Counted from the stretch's first letter, positions 9,684 to 19,562 are shown. The stretch is 64,000 bases of DNA from Thermoanaerobaculia bacterium (GCA_035629865.1 DASPHC010000055.1:134940-198939), one strand, 5' to 3'. Translations and numbers: made by a program. The notes: generated from the letters alone by a model not told the origin.

Positions 9684-10669
9684 CCTCGTATCTCCTCCGG
9701 CGCCTCTTCTATGCAGTCCTGACGTTCTTCGGCATCACCGTCGCCACCTTCGTGCTGATCCACAGCGTGCCGGGCGACCCGGTTACTTTCTTCATCGGAC
9801 AGCAGGGGCTGCGCAACATCCCGCCCGAGACGGTGCAGGCGATCCGTGCGGAGTTCCATCTCGACGAGCCGCTGCCGAAGCAGTACGTCCGCTGGGTCGG
9901 GGCGGCAGTGACGCTCGACTTCGGGATCTCGATCATCGACCGCCGCCCGGTACGCGAGCGGATCTTCGAGAAACTGCCGAATACCTTCCAGCTCAACTGC
10001 GTCGCCTTCTTGCTGGCGGCACTCTTCGGCGTTCCGATCGGCCTCTGGAGCGCGACCCGCTCCGGCCGGCCGGCCGAACGGATCTCGGCCGTCGGCTTCT
10101 TTCTCCTCTATTCGCTGCCGAGCTTCTGGGTGGCGCTGCTGCTGATGCAGTTCTTCTCGGTGAAGCTCGATCTCTTTCCGCTGCTCGGTATGACCTCGGA
10201 CAACTACACCGAGCTGTCGGCCGCGGGACGGTTCACGGACCGGCTGAAGCATCTCGTGCTGCCGGTGGTCACGCTGGCCTACGCGCAACTGGCGATCTTC
10301 GCGCGCTTCTCCAAGTCGGCGCTGACGGAAGTGATCCGGCAGGATTTCATCACCGCTGCGCGGGCGAAAGGCGCCGGGCCGGCCAAGGTGCTGCTGCACC
10401 ACGCGCTCCGCAACGCCCTGATTCCGCTGATCACGCTCCTCGGGATCACCATCCCGTACCTGATCTCCGGGAGCGTGATCGTCGAGAAGATCTTCCAGTG
10501 GGACGGCATCGGCCTGCTATACCTGCAGTCGATCTTCTCGCGCGACTATCCGATGGTGATGGGGCTGACGGTGGTGACGGCGATCGTGACGCTGCTGGCG
10601 AATCTCCTGGCGGACGTGCTCTACGCCGTCGCCGATCCGCGGGTGAGGCTGGGGGAGGGGCATGACTGA
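9680..10669 (+). CDS. Peptide ABC transporter permease (OppB/DppB)
   Basis: YLLRRL, PGDP, DFITAARAKG, HALRNALIP. Confidence 0.9.
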   Translation: MTSYLLRRLFYAVLTFFGITVATFVLIHSVPGDPVTFFIGQQGLRNIPPETVQAIRAEFHLDEPLPKQYVRWVGAAVTLDFGISIIDRRPVRERIFEKLPNTFQLNCVAFLLAALFGVPIGLWSATRSGRPAERISAVGFFLLYSLPSFWVALLLMQFFSVKLDLFPLLGMTSDNYTELSAAGRFTDRLKHLVLPVVTLAYAQLAIFARFSKSALTEVIRQDFITAARAKGAGPAKVLLHHALRNALIPLITLLGITIPYLISGSVIVEKIFQWDGIGLLYLQSIFSRDYPMVMGLTVVTAIVTLLANLLADVLYAVADPRVRLGEGHD

Positions 10670-11645
10670 TTCCGGCATCGACTCCCTCTGGCGGCTGACC
10701 TGGCGCCGTTTCCGGCGGAGCAGACTGGCGTCGCTGGCGTTGCTCTACGTCGGAATCATCACCGCGCTGGCACTGCTCGCGCCGCTGGTCGCGAACCGAA
10801 AGCCGCTGCTGCAAAGGACGGCGGCTGGCTGGAACTCGCCGGCGCTGACCGACTTCTGGATCGCCGATCCCGACATCGACCTTCCTCCGGTCGAGACGAC
10901 GTTCGCGCTGCCGGCCCCGGTGGCGTTCTCCCCGAACACGATCGCGCTCGCCTCGCGCCTGATGCCGCCGGGCGGCGGGCATCTCCTCGGTACGGACGAT
11001 CTCGGGCGCGACGTGCTGTCGCGGATGATCCACGGCGCGCGGGTGTCGCTGACGGTCGCCTTCTTCGCCACCTTCATCGCGCTGCTGGTCGGCTCGTTCC
11101 TCGGCGCGCTCGCAGGCTACTACGGCGGCGGGGCCGACTGGATCATTTCCCGCCTCATCGAGGTCGTCCTCTGCTTTCCCTTCCTCTTTCTCGTCCTCGG
11201 CATCGTCGCGCTCTTCAAGCCGTCCATCCTGACGATCATGATCGCGCTGGGGCTGACGTCGTGGACGAGCGAGGCGCGCTACGTGCGCGGCGAGCTGCTG
11301 CGCATCCGGGACATGGAGTTCGCGCACGCCGCCCGGGCCAGCGGCGCCGGCGATGCCCGCATCGTGTTCCGGCACCTGCTGCCGAACGCACTCGCGCCGG
11401 TGATCGTCTCCGCCAGCTTCGGCGTCGCCTACGCCATCCTTACCGAGTCCGCCCTCTCGTTTCTCGGCCTCGGCGTGCCGCTGCCGACGGCATCGTGGGG
11501 AAGCATCCTCACCGCCGCCAACGAGCACATCGACTACGCCTGGTGGCTGATCCTCTTCCCCGGAATGGCGATCTTCACGACCGTGGCCGCGTTCAACGTG
11601 ATCGGAGAAAGATTCCGGGAGGCGCTGGATCCGAGGAGCGATTGA
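10662..11645 (+). CDS. Peptide ABC transporter permease (OppC/DppC)
   Basis: HLLGTDDLGRDVLSR, RHLLPN, LSFLGLG. Confidence 0.9.
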   Translation: MTDSGIDSLWRLTWRRFRRSRLASLALLYVGIITALALLAPLVANRKPLLQRTAAGWNSPALTDFWIADPDIDLPPVETTFALPAPVAFSPNTIALASRLMPPGGGHLLGTDDLGRDVLSRMIHGARVSLTVAFFATFIALLVGSFLGALAGYYGGGADWIISRLIEVVLCFPFLFLVLGIVALFKPSILTIMIALGLTSWTSEARYVRGELLRIRDMEFAHAARASGAGDARIVFRHLLPNALAPVIVSASFGVAYAILTESALSFLGLGVPLPTASWGSILTAANEHIDYAWWLILFPGMAIFTTVAAFNVIGERFREALDPRSD

Positions 11646-11673
11646 TGGGACCTATAGGTCCTATCAGTCCTAT
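11645..11673. repeat. Short family A 9-mer repeat between convergent genes
   Basis: atgggacct-ata-ggtcctat-cagtcctat. Confidence 0.7.
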
Positions 11674-12161
11674 CAACTCACCGCCACCGGCAGCCGTGCC
11701 GCGAGCGCGTCGATCACCGGCGGGGGCACCAGGTGCGTAACGTTGCCGCCGAGGCGGAACACCTCTTTCACCAGCCTTGACGAGACGAACGTGTACTCCA
11801 CCGCGGGGATCATGAAGATCGTCTCGGCGTCGGCGTTGAGCTCGCGGTTCATCAGCGCCATCTGCAGCTCGTACTCGTAATCCGAGACGGCGCGGATGCC
11901 GCGGATGACCACCGTGGCGTTGGCGCGGCGCATGAACTCGACCAGGAGGCCGGAGAAGGAGTGGACTTCGAGCCCCGGGATCCCGGCGGTGCAGCGGGTG
12001 ATCAGCTCCATCCGCTCGGGAACGGAGAAGAGCGGCGACTTGCCCTCGTTCTCGAGCACCGAGACCAGCACGCGGTCGAAGAGCCGCGTGGCGCGGCGGA
12101 TGATGTCGAGATGCCCGTTCGTGAGCGGATCGAACGATCCGGGATAGACGGCGACGCTCAT
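11673..12161 (-). CDS. coaD: Pantetheine-phosphate adenylyltransferase
   Basis: YPGSFDPLTNGHLDII, RGIRAVSDYEYELQMA. Confidence 0.97.
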   Translation of the reverse strand: MSVAVYPGSFDPLTNGHLDIIRRATRLFDRVLVSVLENEGKSPLFSVPERMELITRCTAGIPGLEVHSFSGLLVEFMRRANATVVIRGIRAVSDYEYELQMALMNRELNADAETIFMIPAVEYTFVSSRLVKEVFRLGGNVTHLVPPPVIDALAARLPVAVS

Positions 12162-12290
12162 GCGGCGGGATGGTAGCAGAGGGGCGCCGCACGGGGAAAC
12201 GTCAACAACTTGATGGTCAACGTCTTGACGATCGACGCGGAGCGTCCTAAGATATTGTCATTCAAGTCACTGATGGACTGGGAGGGTGTG

Positions 12291-12701
12291 ATGCGGGATC
12301 AGAGAATTGAAGTCAAGCGCTCGAATCCGTCCGGTGCCCGGGCCACCTCTGGCGCGCCGAGGGGCCGCCTCCTCAACACACTGCTGACCTACCTGCCCGG
12401 CGCGTGGATCGACCCGAAGAACAACGAGCTGATCACGCTCTACCGCCTCCGCTACCGCATGGCCATGGAGGAGGAGAAGTACGACACGGCGATGATCTTC
12501 CTCAACAAGATCCTCGAGCTCGACCCGATGAACCTCGAGGCGAAGCTCTGCAAAGGCGAGATCTACCACCGCTGCCTCGCCGACTACACCCGCGCCATCG
12601 AGCAGTACAACAAAGTGATCCGCCTCTCCGCCGGTGCCAACGAGGTGATCCACACCCGCGCCCGCGCCGCGATGAGCGAGATCATGGAACTGCTCTCGTA
12701 A
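12291..12701 (+). CDS. Small TPR-repeat protein
   Basis: GGAGG RBS; YDTAMIFLNKILELDPMN and AIEQYNKVI TPR-like helices. Confidence 0.7.
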   Translation: MRDQRIEVKRSNPSGARATSGAPRGRLLNTLLTYLPGAWIDPKNNELITLYRLRYRMAMEEEKYDTAMIFLNKILELDPMNLEAKLCKGEIYHRCLADYTRAIEQYNKVIRLSAGANEVIHTRARAAMSEIMELLS

Positions 12702-12721
12702 GGCAGCAGCTCTCTCAAGCC

Positions 12722-13012
12722 ACCAAAATCAATGGATGCGTCATCGAAATCGACGGCCGCGCTGTCGAATTGATGGCTGCGTCATCGAAATTGGTAGCCA
12801 TGTCATCGAAATCGATGGTGATGCAATCGAAATCGATGGCGATGCAATCAAAATCGATGGCCATGCAATCAAAATCGATGACCATGCAATCGAAATCGAT
12901 GGCGATGTCATCAAAATCGATGGTGATGTCATCGAAATCGATGACGATGTCATCGAAATCGATGGTGTTGGCATAGAAAACGATGGCGGCGCATGAGAAA
13001 TCGACCGCAGCG
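12722..13012. repeat. 21-bp tandem array (about 13-14 units, ATCGAAATCGATGGCGATGCA)
   Basis: Directly visible periodicity; degenerate at the ends. Confidence 0.9.
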
Positions 13013-13053
13013 CCGGCAAAACGCTGCACTTCGCCACGAAGCCGTTGGCGCGC

Positions 13054-14061
13054 TCAGCGATCGCGTTCCATCACGAAGTCGAGCGCCATCTCCAGTGTTT
13101 CTTTTGCCGGCGACGCCGGGAACGGGTCGAGGGCGCGGCGGGCGCGGTTGGAGTAGTCGCGGGCGATCTCGCGGGTCTGGTCGAGCGCTTCGTAGCGGTG
13201 GACGATGTGCAGGATCTCGGCCGGGTCGACGCCGTCGAAGGTCTTGTTCGAGGCGACGCGCGCGATCAGCTCCCGCTCCCGCGCCGTCAGGTGCGGCATG
13301 GCCAGGATCAGCGGCAGGGTGACTTTTCCTTCCTTCAGGTCGGAGAGGGCCGGCTTGCCGAGGACTTCGGTGCTGGAGGTGAAGTCGAGCAGGTCGTCGA
13401 TCAGCTGGAAGGCGACACCGAGGTTGTAGCCGTACTCTTTGAGCGACACCGCCGAGGCCTCGGGGAGGTCAACCAGGTACGCCGGGATGCGGCAGGTGGC
13501 GCCGAACAGGGCGGCGGTCTTCCGGCCAACGATGTCGAAATAGTCCTCGACCGAGATGTCGCTGCGGCCGTTCTGCTCCGTCCCGAGGATCTCTCCCTCG
13601 ATCATCTTGATGGTCGCGTCGGAGAGGAGGCGCAGGACCTCGAGATTCCCCTCGCCGAGGGCCATGTGCATCGAGTGCATGAAGATGTAGTCGCCGACCA
13701 GGACGGTCAGGTTGTTGCCCCAGCCGTAGTTCACCGAGGTGCGGCCGCGACGGACGTCGGCCTCGTCGATGATGTCGTCGTGCACGAGCGTCGCGGTGTG
13801 GATGAACTCCACGACCGCGCCGTAGGTGACGTCGCGGATGCCGTCGTAGCGGAGCATCTTCGAGACGAGGAGCAGCAGGGCAGGGCGGAGACGCTTCCCG
13901 CCGCCGCCGAGGATGTGCTCACCGACGTCGGAGATGGTGGCGATCTTGGAGCGGAAGTTGTTGCGCAGCTCTTCTTCCACAAGCTCCAGTTTTGGGGCGA
14001 TCAGCTCGAGGACACGCTCCGCGTATGCTGTCTGCCCGTTGAGAGTGCGAGGAGCGGTCAC
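13054..14061 (-). CDS. Polyprenyl diphosphate synthase (IspB-like)
   Basis: GGKRLRP, HDDIID, FQLIDDLLD. Confidence 0.95.
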   Translation of the reverse strand: MTAPRTLNGQTAYAERVLELIAPKLELVEEELRNNFRSKIATISDVGEHILGGGGKRLRPALLLLVSKMLRYDGIRDVTYGAVVEFIHTATLVHDDIIDEADVRRGRTSVNYGWGNNLTVLVGDYIFMHSMHMALGEGNLEVLRLLSDATIKMIEGEILGTEQNGRSDISVEDYFDIVGRKTAALFGATCRIPAYLVDLPEASAVSLKEYGYNLGVAFQLIDDLLDFTSSTEVLGKPALSDLKEGKVTLPLILAMPHLTARERELIARVASNKTFDGVDPAEILHIVHRYEALDQTREIARDYSNRARRALDPFPASPAKETLEMALDFVMERDR

Positions 14062-14076
14062 GGCGCGAAGGATAGC

Positions 14077-14571
14077 TCAACCGCGGTAGTTGGTGAACTG
14101 GACGGGGATCCCGTAGTCCCCCCCTTTCACCAGGGCCATGGCTTTCTGCAGGTCGTCCTTGCTGCGGCCGGTCACGCGGACCTGGTCGGCCTGGATGGAG
14201 GCCTGCACTTTCATCTTGGCGTCCTTGATGGCCTTGACGATCGCCTTCGCCTTCTCGCTCTCGATCCCCTGCACGATCTTGATGTGCTGGCGGACGGTGC
14301 CGCCGGAGGCCTGTTCGAGCTTCTGGTAGTCGAGCGCTTTCAGTGCGACGCCCCGTTTGATCAGCTTCGTCTCCAGGATGTCCTTGACGCTGCGCAGCTT
14401 CCCTTCGTCGTCGCTGACGAGGACGATCTCCTCGGCGGTCAGCTCGATCGAGCTCTTGCTGCCCTTGAAGTCGAACCGCTGGGCGAGCTCTTTCTGAGCT
14501 TGCTGCACGGCGTTGGCGACTTCCTGCATCTCGGTCTTCGAGACGATGTCGAACGAGAATTCCTGAGCCAT
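14077..14571 (-). CDS. yajQ: YajQ family nucleotide-binding protein
   Basis: FSFDIVSK, QRFDFKGS, QFTNYR. Confidence 0.95.
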   Translation of the reverse strand: MAQEFSFDIVSKTEMQEVANAVQQAQKELAQRFDFKGSKSSIELTAEEIVLVSDDEGKLRSVKDILETKLIKRGVALKALDYQKLEQASGGTVRQHIKIVQGIESEKAKAIVKAIKDAKMKVQASIQADQVRVTGRSKDDLQKAMALVKGGDYGIPVQFTNYRG

Positions 14572-14591
14572 TGGTACCTCTTCGCGACGTT

Positions 14592-14677
14592 CGTTATCGG
14601 TTGTCAGTTGCCGGTTATCTGCACTGCATCGCCCGGGCGACAAGGTTTCCCCGGACCGACGACCGACAACTGACAAC
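14592..14677. repeat. Intergenic 7-mer hairpin CGGTTGT/GACAACT (family C)
   Basis: cgttatcggttgtcagttgccggttatc ... accgacgaccgacaactgacaac. Confidence 0.85.
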
Positions 14678-14695
14678 GTCATGAGCGCACGGACG

Positions 14696-15313
14696 TCAGT
14701 CCGCGCGAATGACCTGTACTCCAGCCGGCGGTGAGAAACTGAAGGTGCCGGCGGACGCGGCGCGGCGATGATATCCCGAGAAATCGAACGACGTGTGGTT
14801 GCCGTCGCGGTCGGTGTACTCGATCCGCTGGATGAGATGGGTCGACGGGGCGATCGTCACGGTGACGGTCCGGACCAGCGATCCCTTCTCACGCGGCTGG
14901 AGGGTGGTCACGACCGAGCCTCCGCGGTTCTGCTGCTTGACCACGAAATGCTTGTCGCGCGCGGCCGGGTCGCCGAGGAGGAGGAACGGGAGCTCGCGCT
15001 TCCGGGCTTCCGTCACACGGCCCTGCGTCACCTGCTTGTCGGCCGGGACGTAGAACCAGGAGTTGCTGCCGTCGAAAACGAACAGTTTCTGCTCGGGCTT
15101 GCTGTAGCTCCAGCGCATGGCCGGCAGGGCGCCGAACACGACCGAGCCACTCTCGACCTGGCTGTTTTTGAAGCCTTTGGCGGTGAAGCGATGGGTGAAG
15201 CTGGCTTCCATACCGGACATGGCGGCAGCAGCACGGTCGAGCTCGACCGGCGCCGCAATGGCGCCCGTGGCGAGCACGAGCGCAAAAGTAAGGACAAATG
15301 CAGTTCTCTTCAT
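14696..15313 (-). CDS. lolA: Outer-membrane lipoprotein carrier LolA
   Basis: Signal peptide; MRWSYSKPEQKLFVFDG, FSFSPPAGVQVI. Confidence 0.8.
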   Translation of the reverse strand: MKRTAFVLTFALVLATGAIAAPVELDRAAAAMSGMEASFTHRFTAKGFKNSQVESGSVVFGALPAMRWSYSKPEQKLFVFDGSNSWFYVPADKQVTQGRVTEARKRELPFLLLGDPAARDKHFVVKQQNRGGSVVTTLQPREKGSLVRTVTVTIAPSTHLIQRIEYTDRDGNHTSFDFSGYHRRAASAGTFSFSPPAGVQVIRAD

Positions 15314-15356
15314 GAGACCCCTTTCAGCAACGGCCTTGCCTGTTACAGGCAGTCCG

Positions 15357-15713
15357 TTAGCTGGCTTCGATCGATACGATCGCGGAGTTGACAACAAAGA
15401 TGCGGTCGTTTTTGCTCCGGTCGTCCGGGAAGAGAAAGAAGCCGTTCCGCTCGGGGTTGTAGTGGGCCGTCCCGCGGATGACCTCGCCGTCGTTGAATTC
15501 GATCGCCAACTGCATCCCGCTGGCGGGCTCGAGCAGCTCGTCGCTCACCGCACGGGGGAAGAAGACCGCCTTCAGGTCCGAGAACGGCACGTCGGACTCG
15601 CTGCCGTCGTCGTGGCGGACGGTCAGCATTTCGCGGGATGGGTCGATCGGATCGAGCGTCGCCCGCTCGGTCCGGCCATCTCGAAAGCGCAGCACTACCT
15701 TATCGTCGTTCAA
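15357..15713 (-). CDS. Hypothetical protein with two Sm-like repeats
   Basis: KVVLRFRDG ... LKAVFF ... IEFNDGEVIRG, GFFLFP; overlaps kdsD stop. Confidence 0.65.
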   Translation of the reverse strand: MNDDKVVLRFRDGRTERATLDPIDPSREMLTVRHDDGSESDVPFSDLKAVFFPRAVSDELLEPASGMQLAIEFNDGEVIRGTAHYNPERNGFFLFPDDRSKNDRIFVVNSAIVSIEAS

Positions 15714-16684
15714 AACAGTTGCAACCCCCAGAGATCGTGGATGTGAATGATACCTTCGACGCGGCGAGTCTCGTCGACGATGAAGAGGGAGGTGATTTTC
15801 CGCTCTTCCATGATCTGCAGGGCGACCGAGGCAAGCTCGCTGCCGGCGATGGTGACCGGGTTCTGCTTCATCGACTGGCCGGCCGTCTTCCGGACCACGT
15901 CTTCATCATGCCCCAGCATCCGGCGGAGGTCACCGTCGGAGATTACTCCCTGCAGCTGCCCGTCGTCGTTCGTGACGGCGGTGATGCCGAATCCCTTGCG
16001 CGACATCTCGTAGACGAATTCGCGCATGGCCGCATTCTCGGTGACGACCGGCACGTCGTCGCCGCGGTGCATCAGCTCGCGGACCCGCAGGAAGCGTTTT
16101 CCGAGCTTGCCACCGGGATGGAGGAAGCCGAAGTCTTCCTCCTTGAAGCCGCGGCGGACCAGGAGCGCCATCGCGAGGGCGTCGCCGAGGGCGAGGGTGG
16201 CGGTGGTCGAGGCGGTCGGTGCCAGGCCCAGCGGGCACGCTTCCTCGGAGATGGCGACGCTCAGGTGATGATCGGCGGCGCGTGCGAGCGTCGAAGCCGG
16301 CTTGCCGGTGATGGCGATGATCTCGACGCCGAGGCGTTTGATGCTCGGCAGGAGGCGCACGAGCTCCTCGGTCTCGCCAGAGTTCGAGATCGCGACGACG
16401 ACGTCGCCGCTGACGAGCATGCCGAGGTCTCCATGGATCGCCTCGGTCGGATGCATGAAGAACGACGGGGTGCCGGTGGAGGCGAGGGTGGCGCTGACTT
16501 TTTTGCAGATGATGCCGGACTTGCCGACGCCCATCGTCACCACGCGTCCCTTGCAGACCGCGATGAGCTCGACCGCGTCGACGAACGCCTGGTCGAGATG
16601 CTGGATGACGCCGAGGATCGCCGCCGCCTCGACTTCGAGCACACGTTTCGCCTCGGCGAGGGCGGGATGCGTCATGACCTGCAT
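15710..16684 (-). CDS. kdsD: Arabinose-5-phosphate isomerase (KpsF/GutQ, SIS plus CBS)
   Basis: GVGKSG, HPTEAIHGDLG, LAPTAST, HPGGKLG. Confidence 0.93.
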   Translation of the reverse strand: MQVMTHPALAEAKRVLEVEAAAILGVIQHLDQAFVDAVELIAVCKGRVVTMGVGKSGIICKKVSATLASTGTPSFFMHPTEAIHGDLGMLVSGDVVVAISNSGETEELVRLLPSIKRLGVEIIAITGKPASTLARAADHHLSVAISEEACPLGLAPTASTTATLALGDALAMALLVRRGFKEEDFGFLHPGGKLGKRFLRVRELMHRGDDVPVVTENAAMREFVYEMSRKGFGITAVTNDDGQLQGVISDGDLRRMLGHDEDVVRKTAGQSMKQNPVTIAGSELASVALQIMEERKITSLFIVDETRRVEGIIHIHDLWGLQLF

Positions 16685-16688
16685 CCTA

Positions 16689-17615
16689 TTACAACCCCCG
16701 CGCGGCCCGTTCCTGCGGCTCGAGGAGGTGGTAGAGAGTGTTGGTGACGGGCACCGCCACGCCGCTCTGCTGCGCCAGCCTCACGACCGCGCCGAGTTGC
16801 GCGTCGAGCTCGGACGGCTTCCCTTCCATGATGTCGCGCTGCATCGACGACGTGGAGGCCGGCGCGAGGGCGTCGTAGCGCTCCCAGGTCTTCGCGACGG
16901 CGTCCTCGCCGAGGTCGATGCCGCGCGCTTTCGCCAGCTCGACAATCTCCTTCAGGGAACCGTCGACGATCAGCCGAACCTCCGGATTGACGCGCCACAC
17001 GCCGATGGGAACGCGGGTCAGGGCGCCGATGGCGCTCATGGAGGCGATGAAGAGGAACTTGGTCCACATGGAGCGGTGGATGTCGGGAGGGATCTCGGCG
17101 TTGATCCCGGCGCGCTCGAATGTTGCGCGGAGCCTCTCCAGACGCTCCGTGCGGCGGTTGTCGAGCTCCCCGAACATCACCAGCGGCTCGAAGGCCACGT
17201 GGCGGATGTGCCCCGGGGCGACGGCCAGGCTGACGATCGCGCAGAGTCCGCCGAGGACGTGCTGGCTGCCGAGGATCGTGGCCAGGACGTCGGGAGCATC
17301 GATGCCGTTCTCCACCGGCACGACGACGGTGTCTTTACCGATGAGCGGCCGTATCTGCACCGCCGCCTCGGGGACCTGCCACGACTTGACGGTCATGAGG
17401 ACGGCGTCGACCGGGTCTATGGTGGAAGGGTCGTCGGTGGCTTGGACGTGGTCGAGGGTGAAGTCGCCGAGGATGCTGTCGACGCGGATGCCTTTGGTCC
17501 TGAGTGCGTCGAGGGTGAGGTCGCGCGCGATGAACGTCGTGTCGACCCCCGCCTGTGCCAGCCGCCCGCCAAAGTATCCACCGACACCGCCCGCGCCTAC
17601 GACTGCGATTTTCAT
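16689..17615 (-). CDS. panE: 2-dehydropantoate 2-reductase
   Basis: GAGGVGGYFG, ENG, WTKF, SSMQRD, ELD. Confidence 0.9.
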   Translation of the reverse strand: MKIAVVGAGGVGGYFGGRLAQAGVDTTFIARDLTLDALRTKGIRVDSILGDFTLDHVQATDDPSTIDPVDAVLMTVKSWQVPEAAVQIRPLIGKDTVVVPVENGIDAPDVLATILGSQHVLGGLCAIVSLAVAPGHIRHVAFEPLVMFGELDNRRTERLERLRATFERAGINAEIPPDIHRSMWTKFLFIASMSAIGALTRVPIGVWRVNPEVRLIVDGSLKEIVELAKARGIDLGEDAVAKTWERYDALAPASTSSMQRDIMEGKPSELDAQLGAVVRLAQQSGVAVPVTNTLYHLLEPQERAARGL

Positions 17616-17697
17616 GGGGGGATTTTATGCATGGAGGCGTCCCCCAATGTGTCTTCCTGAGACAGGGCACTGCGCGAGGCGCAGCGAAAGCGATCCG

Positions 17698-17913
17698 CCG
17701 CAGCCGCCGTAGGCGGCGAAAGATCTGTAGGCCCGGCCTTTAGGCCGGGTAAGGTCGAGGAGAAAGGCAAGTCCGCGAAGCGGGCGACAGTGTAGGTTTT
17801 TCGCGTGTCCCCTGTTCTGTCGCCCGCTTCGCGGACTCGCCTTCGTAGGCCCGCACGATACCCGCCCTGAAGGGCGGGCCTACAGATCTTCCCGCCGCCT
17901 ACGGCGGCTGCGG
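17698..17913. repeat. Nested REP/REPIN-like inverted-repeat element, copy 1
   Basis: GTAG-led palindrome GTAGGCCCGGCCTTTAGGCCGGG in inverted pair around inner GCGGGCGACAG/CTGTCGCCCGC pair. Confidence 0.85.
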
Positions 17914-17972
17914 TGCTCATTTCTTCACAGCCTCTCGGATGACAGGAAGAGGGGGCTTGTCTCTGCTCGGTC

Positions 17973-18488
17973 CTACCCCTTCTTCTTCCATGCCCCCTGC
18001 GCACGATGGCTCCGCATCCACACCTCATCCAACGCCCCACCATCGAACATCTTCGCGATCCACACCACCTGCCCCGTATGCGTCGCGAGGTGCGCGGTCA
18101 CGTTGATCAGATCCTCGACGATCAGGTTGTGCATCGTCGGCTCGGGTGACGCGTCGTTCATCCGCTCCGGGGTGAGCGTTTCGAACGTTTTCTCCGCGTT
18201 GGCGACCATTTCGTCGAACAGCGCCAGAAGTTCCGCCTTCGGAATGGCCTTGCGCTCGCTGAACTCCGCCGCCCGGTCGCGCGTGTAATCGAGCCCGCCG
18301 AGGTTCCGGTTGAGAAAGTGATTCAGCGAGCCGGTGAGGTGCAGGAGGATGTTGCCGATCGAGTTCGAAGCCTCGTTCGGCCGCCACCAGACCTGCTCGT
18401 CCGTCAGCTTCTCCACCGCCGCACGAATCTGCGCGGGGAAGACGCCGGTGATGCGGGTACGGAAGGCGTTGAAAGCGATTTCGTTCAT
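17973..18488 (-). CDS. DinB-family protein (DUF1572-like)
   Basis: WWRPNEASNSIGNILLHL, RDRAAEF, HLATHTGQ. Confidence 0.85.
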   Translation of the reverse strand: MNEIAFNAFRTRITGVFPAQIRAAVEKLTDEQVWWRPNEASNSIGNILLHLTGSLNHFLNRNLGGLDYTRDRAAEFSERKAIPKAELLALFDEMVANAEKTFETLTPERMNDASPEPTMHNLIVEDLINVTAHLATHTGQVVWIAKMFDGGALDEVWMRSHRAQGAWKKKG

Positions 18489-19100
18489 GAGAGTTCCGAT
18501 CTGAGGCGGCCGACGGCGGCGTCGTAGGAGGTGAAGAGGTCGCAGGAGTAGATGCTCAAGAGGCTGCGAGCATGATCGGAAAAGTCGCGAGAATTGCGAG
18601 TCACGAAGATGCTGGGCGAGACGTCTCCGGCCTCTTGCCGGTCCTCGAGATCCGACATCACACTCGAGAAGATGAGCAGATCGTCTTCACCTGACGTCAC
18701 TCTGATGGCGCGGAAGACCTGCACCGACTCGACGGCGTTATGGGTCAGCGGAAGATAAACGGCCGCTGGCTCCAGATCCCGAATCTTTTCCTCCAGAAGC
18801 GCGATTTTGCTCTCAGTCGCATTGCGTAGCGCGGAGAGGGCAGTCTCGAGCACGTCCACCATGCCGGCAAAAGGGCGCATTCGGCGAAACTCGCGAATCT
18901 GCAGTTCGACATTTTTTCGAAGCGCGGTTTCTTCCTTCCATTTGCGCCGAACTGCGTTCTGAGCTTCGTGGAGCGCGTAGACCGGGATTCGCAGACCGAG
19001 GCGACCCTTTCGCCCAATCTACGATCTGCTGACAACTGTCGCACTCCTCCTGGCCGAGCGTCAGCTCCAGAATGAGGTTGGTCTCAGCGTAGACGATCAC
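18485..19100 (-). pseudogene. PIN-domain-like protein, frameshifted near 19005-19020
   Basis: GTG-IVYAETNLILEL start; continues in another frame as GRLGLRIPVYALHEA ... DDLLI ... FVTRNSRDF. Confidence 0.7.
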
Positions 19101-19534
19101 GCTGCGGACGGAAGGTCGACCCATCCGTCGCGGACGGCGTCAGTAAAGCCGATGGTCTCGAGAATCTCCGGCATGGGAACTCCGTCGCGAGTCGCCGCAC
19201 CGAGCCATGCGAGAAGAATGTCAATGAGCGTTGTGTAAGCGACCGCCGCCGCCGGTTTTCCGAGCTCCTGCAGGTACTTGCTGAAGAGTTCATCCGTGGG
19301 AATGGCCGCGACGGGTACCGGCTGGCGGGCAGGATCCTTCCAGAAGTACGTCTGATCGCGGGTGACGAGGACGACATACGGCGGCTTTTCGTTGCGGTTC
19401 AGGATGTCCGGCAAACGCTGCATGGCGAGCTCGGTAGAGCTCTTCTCATGAGCCATGACCGTGGCGATCACGACAACCTCCCGCTGCTCAGGATCGCTTA
19501 CCAGAACATCTGCTCGCATACCTGTTCCCAACAA
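19097..19534 (-). CDS. Hypothetical protein coupled to the PIN-like gene
   Basis: 145-aa ORF with GTGA stop/start overlap; atypical codon use. Confidence 0.6.
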   Translation of the reverse strand: MLGTGMRADVLVSDPEQREVVVIATVMAHEKSSTELAMQRLPDILNRNEKPPYVVLVTRDQTYFWKDPARQPVPVAAIPTDELFSKYLQELGKPAAAVAYTTLIDILLAWLGAATRDGVPMPEILETIGFTDAVRDGWVDLPSAA

Positions 19535-19562
19535 GCCTACTACAACCCTTATTTACATGCCG

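Noticed and set aside
12722-13012. CRISPR array interpretation of the 21-bp and 22-bp (51417-51680) arrays
   Set aside because: Units are head-to-tail with no unique spacers; no cas genes in the window
12404-13037. Repeat-encoded ORFs (12404-12976, 12715-13029, 12736-12996, 12741-13037)
   Set aside because: Open only because the 21-mer lacks stops in those frames; no RBS or family motif
19005-19015. Programmed frameshift at CGA AAG in the PIN-like gene
   Set aside because: The motif is not in the reading frame and the required shift is +1, not -1
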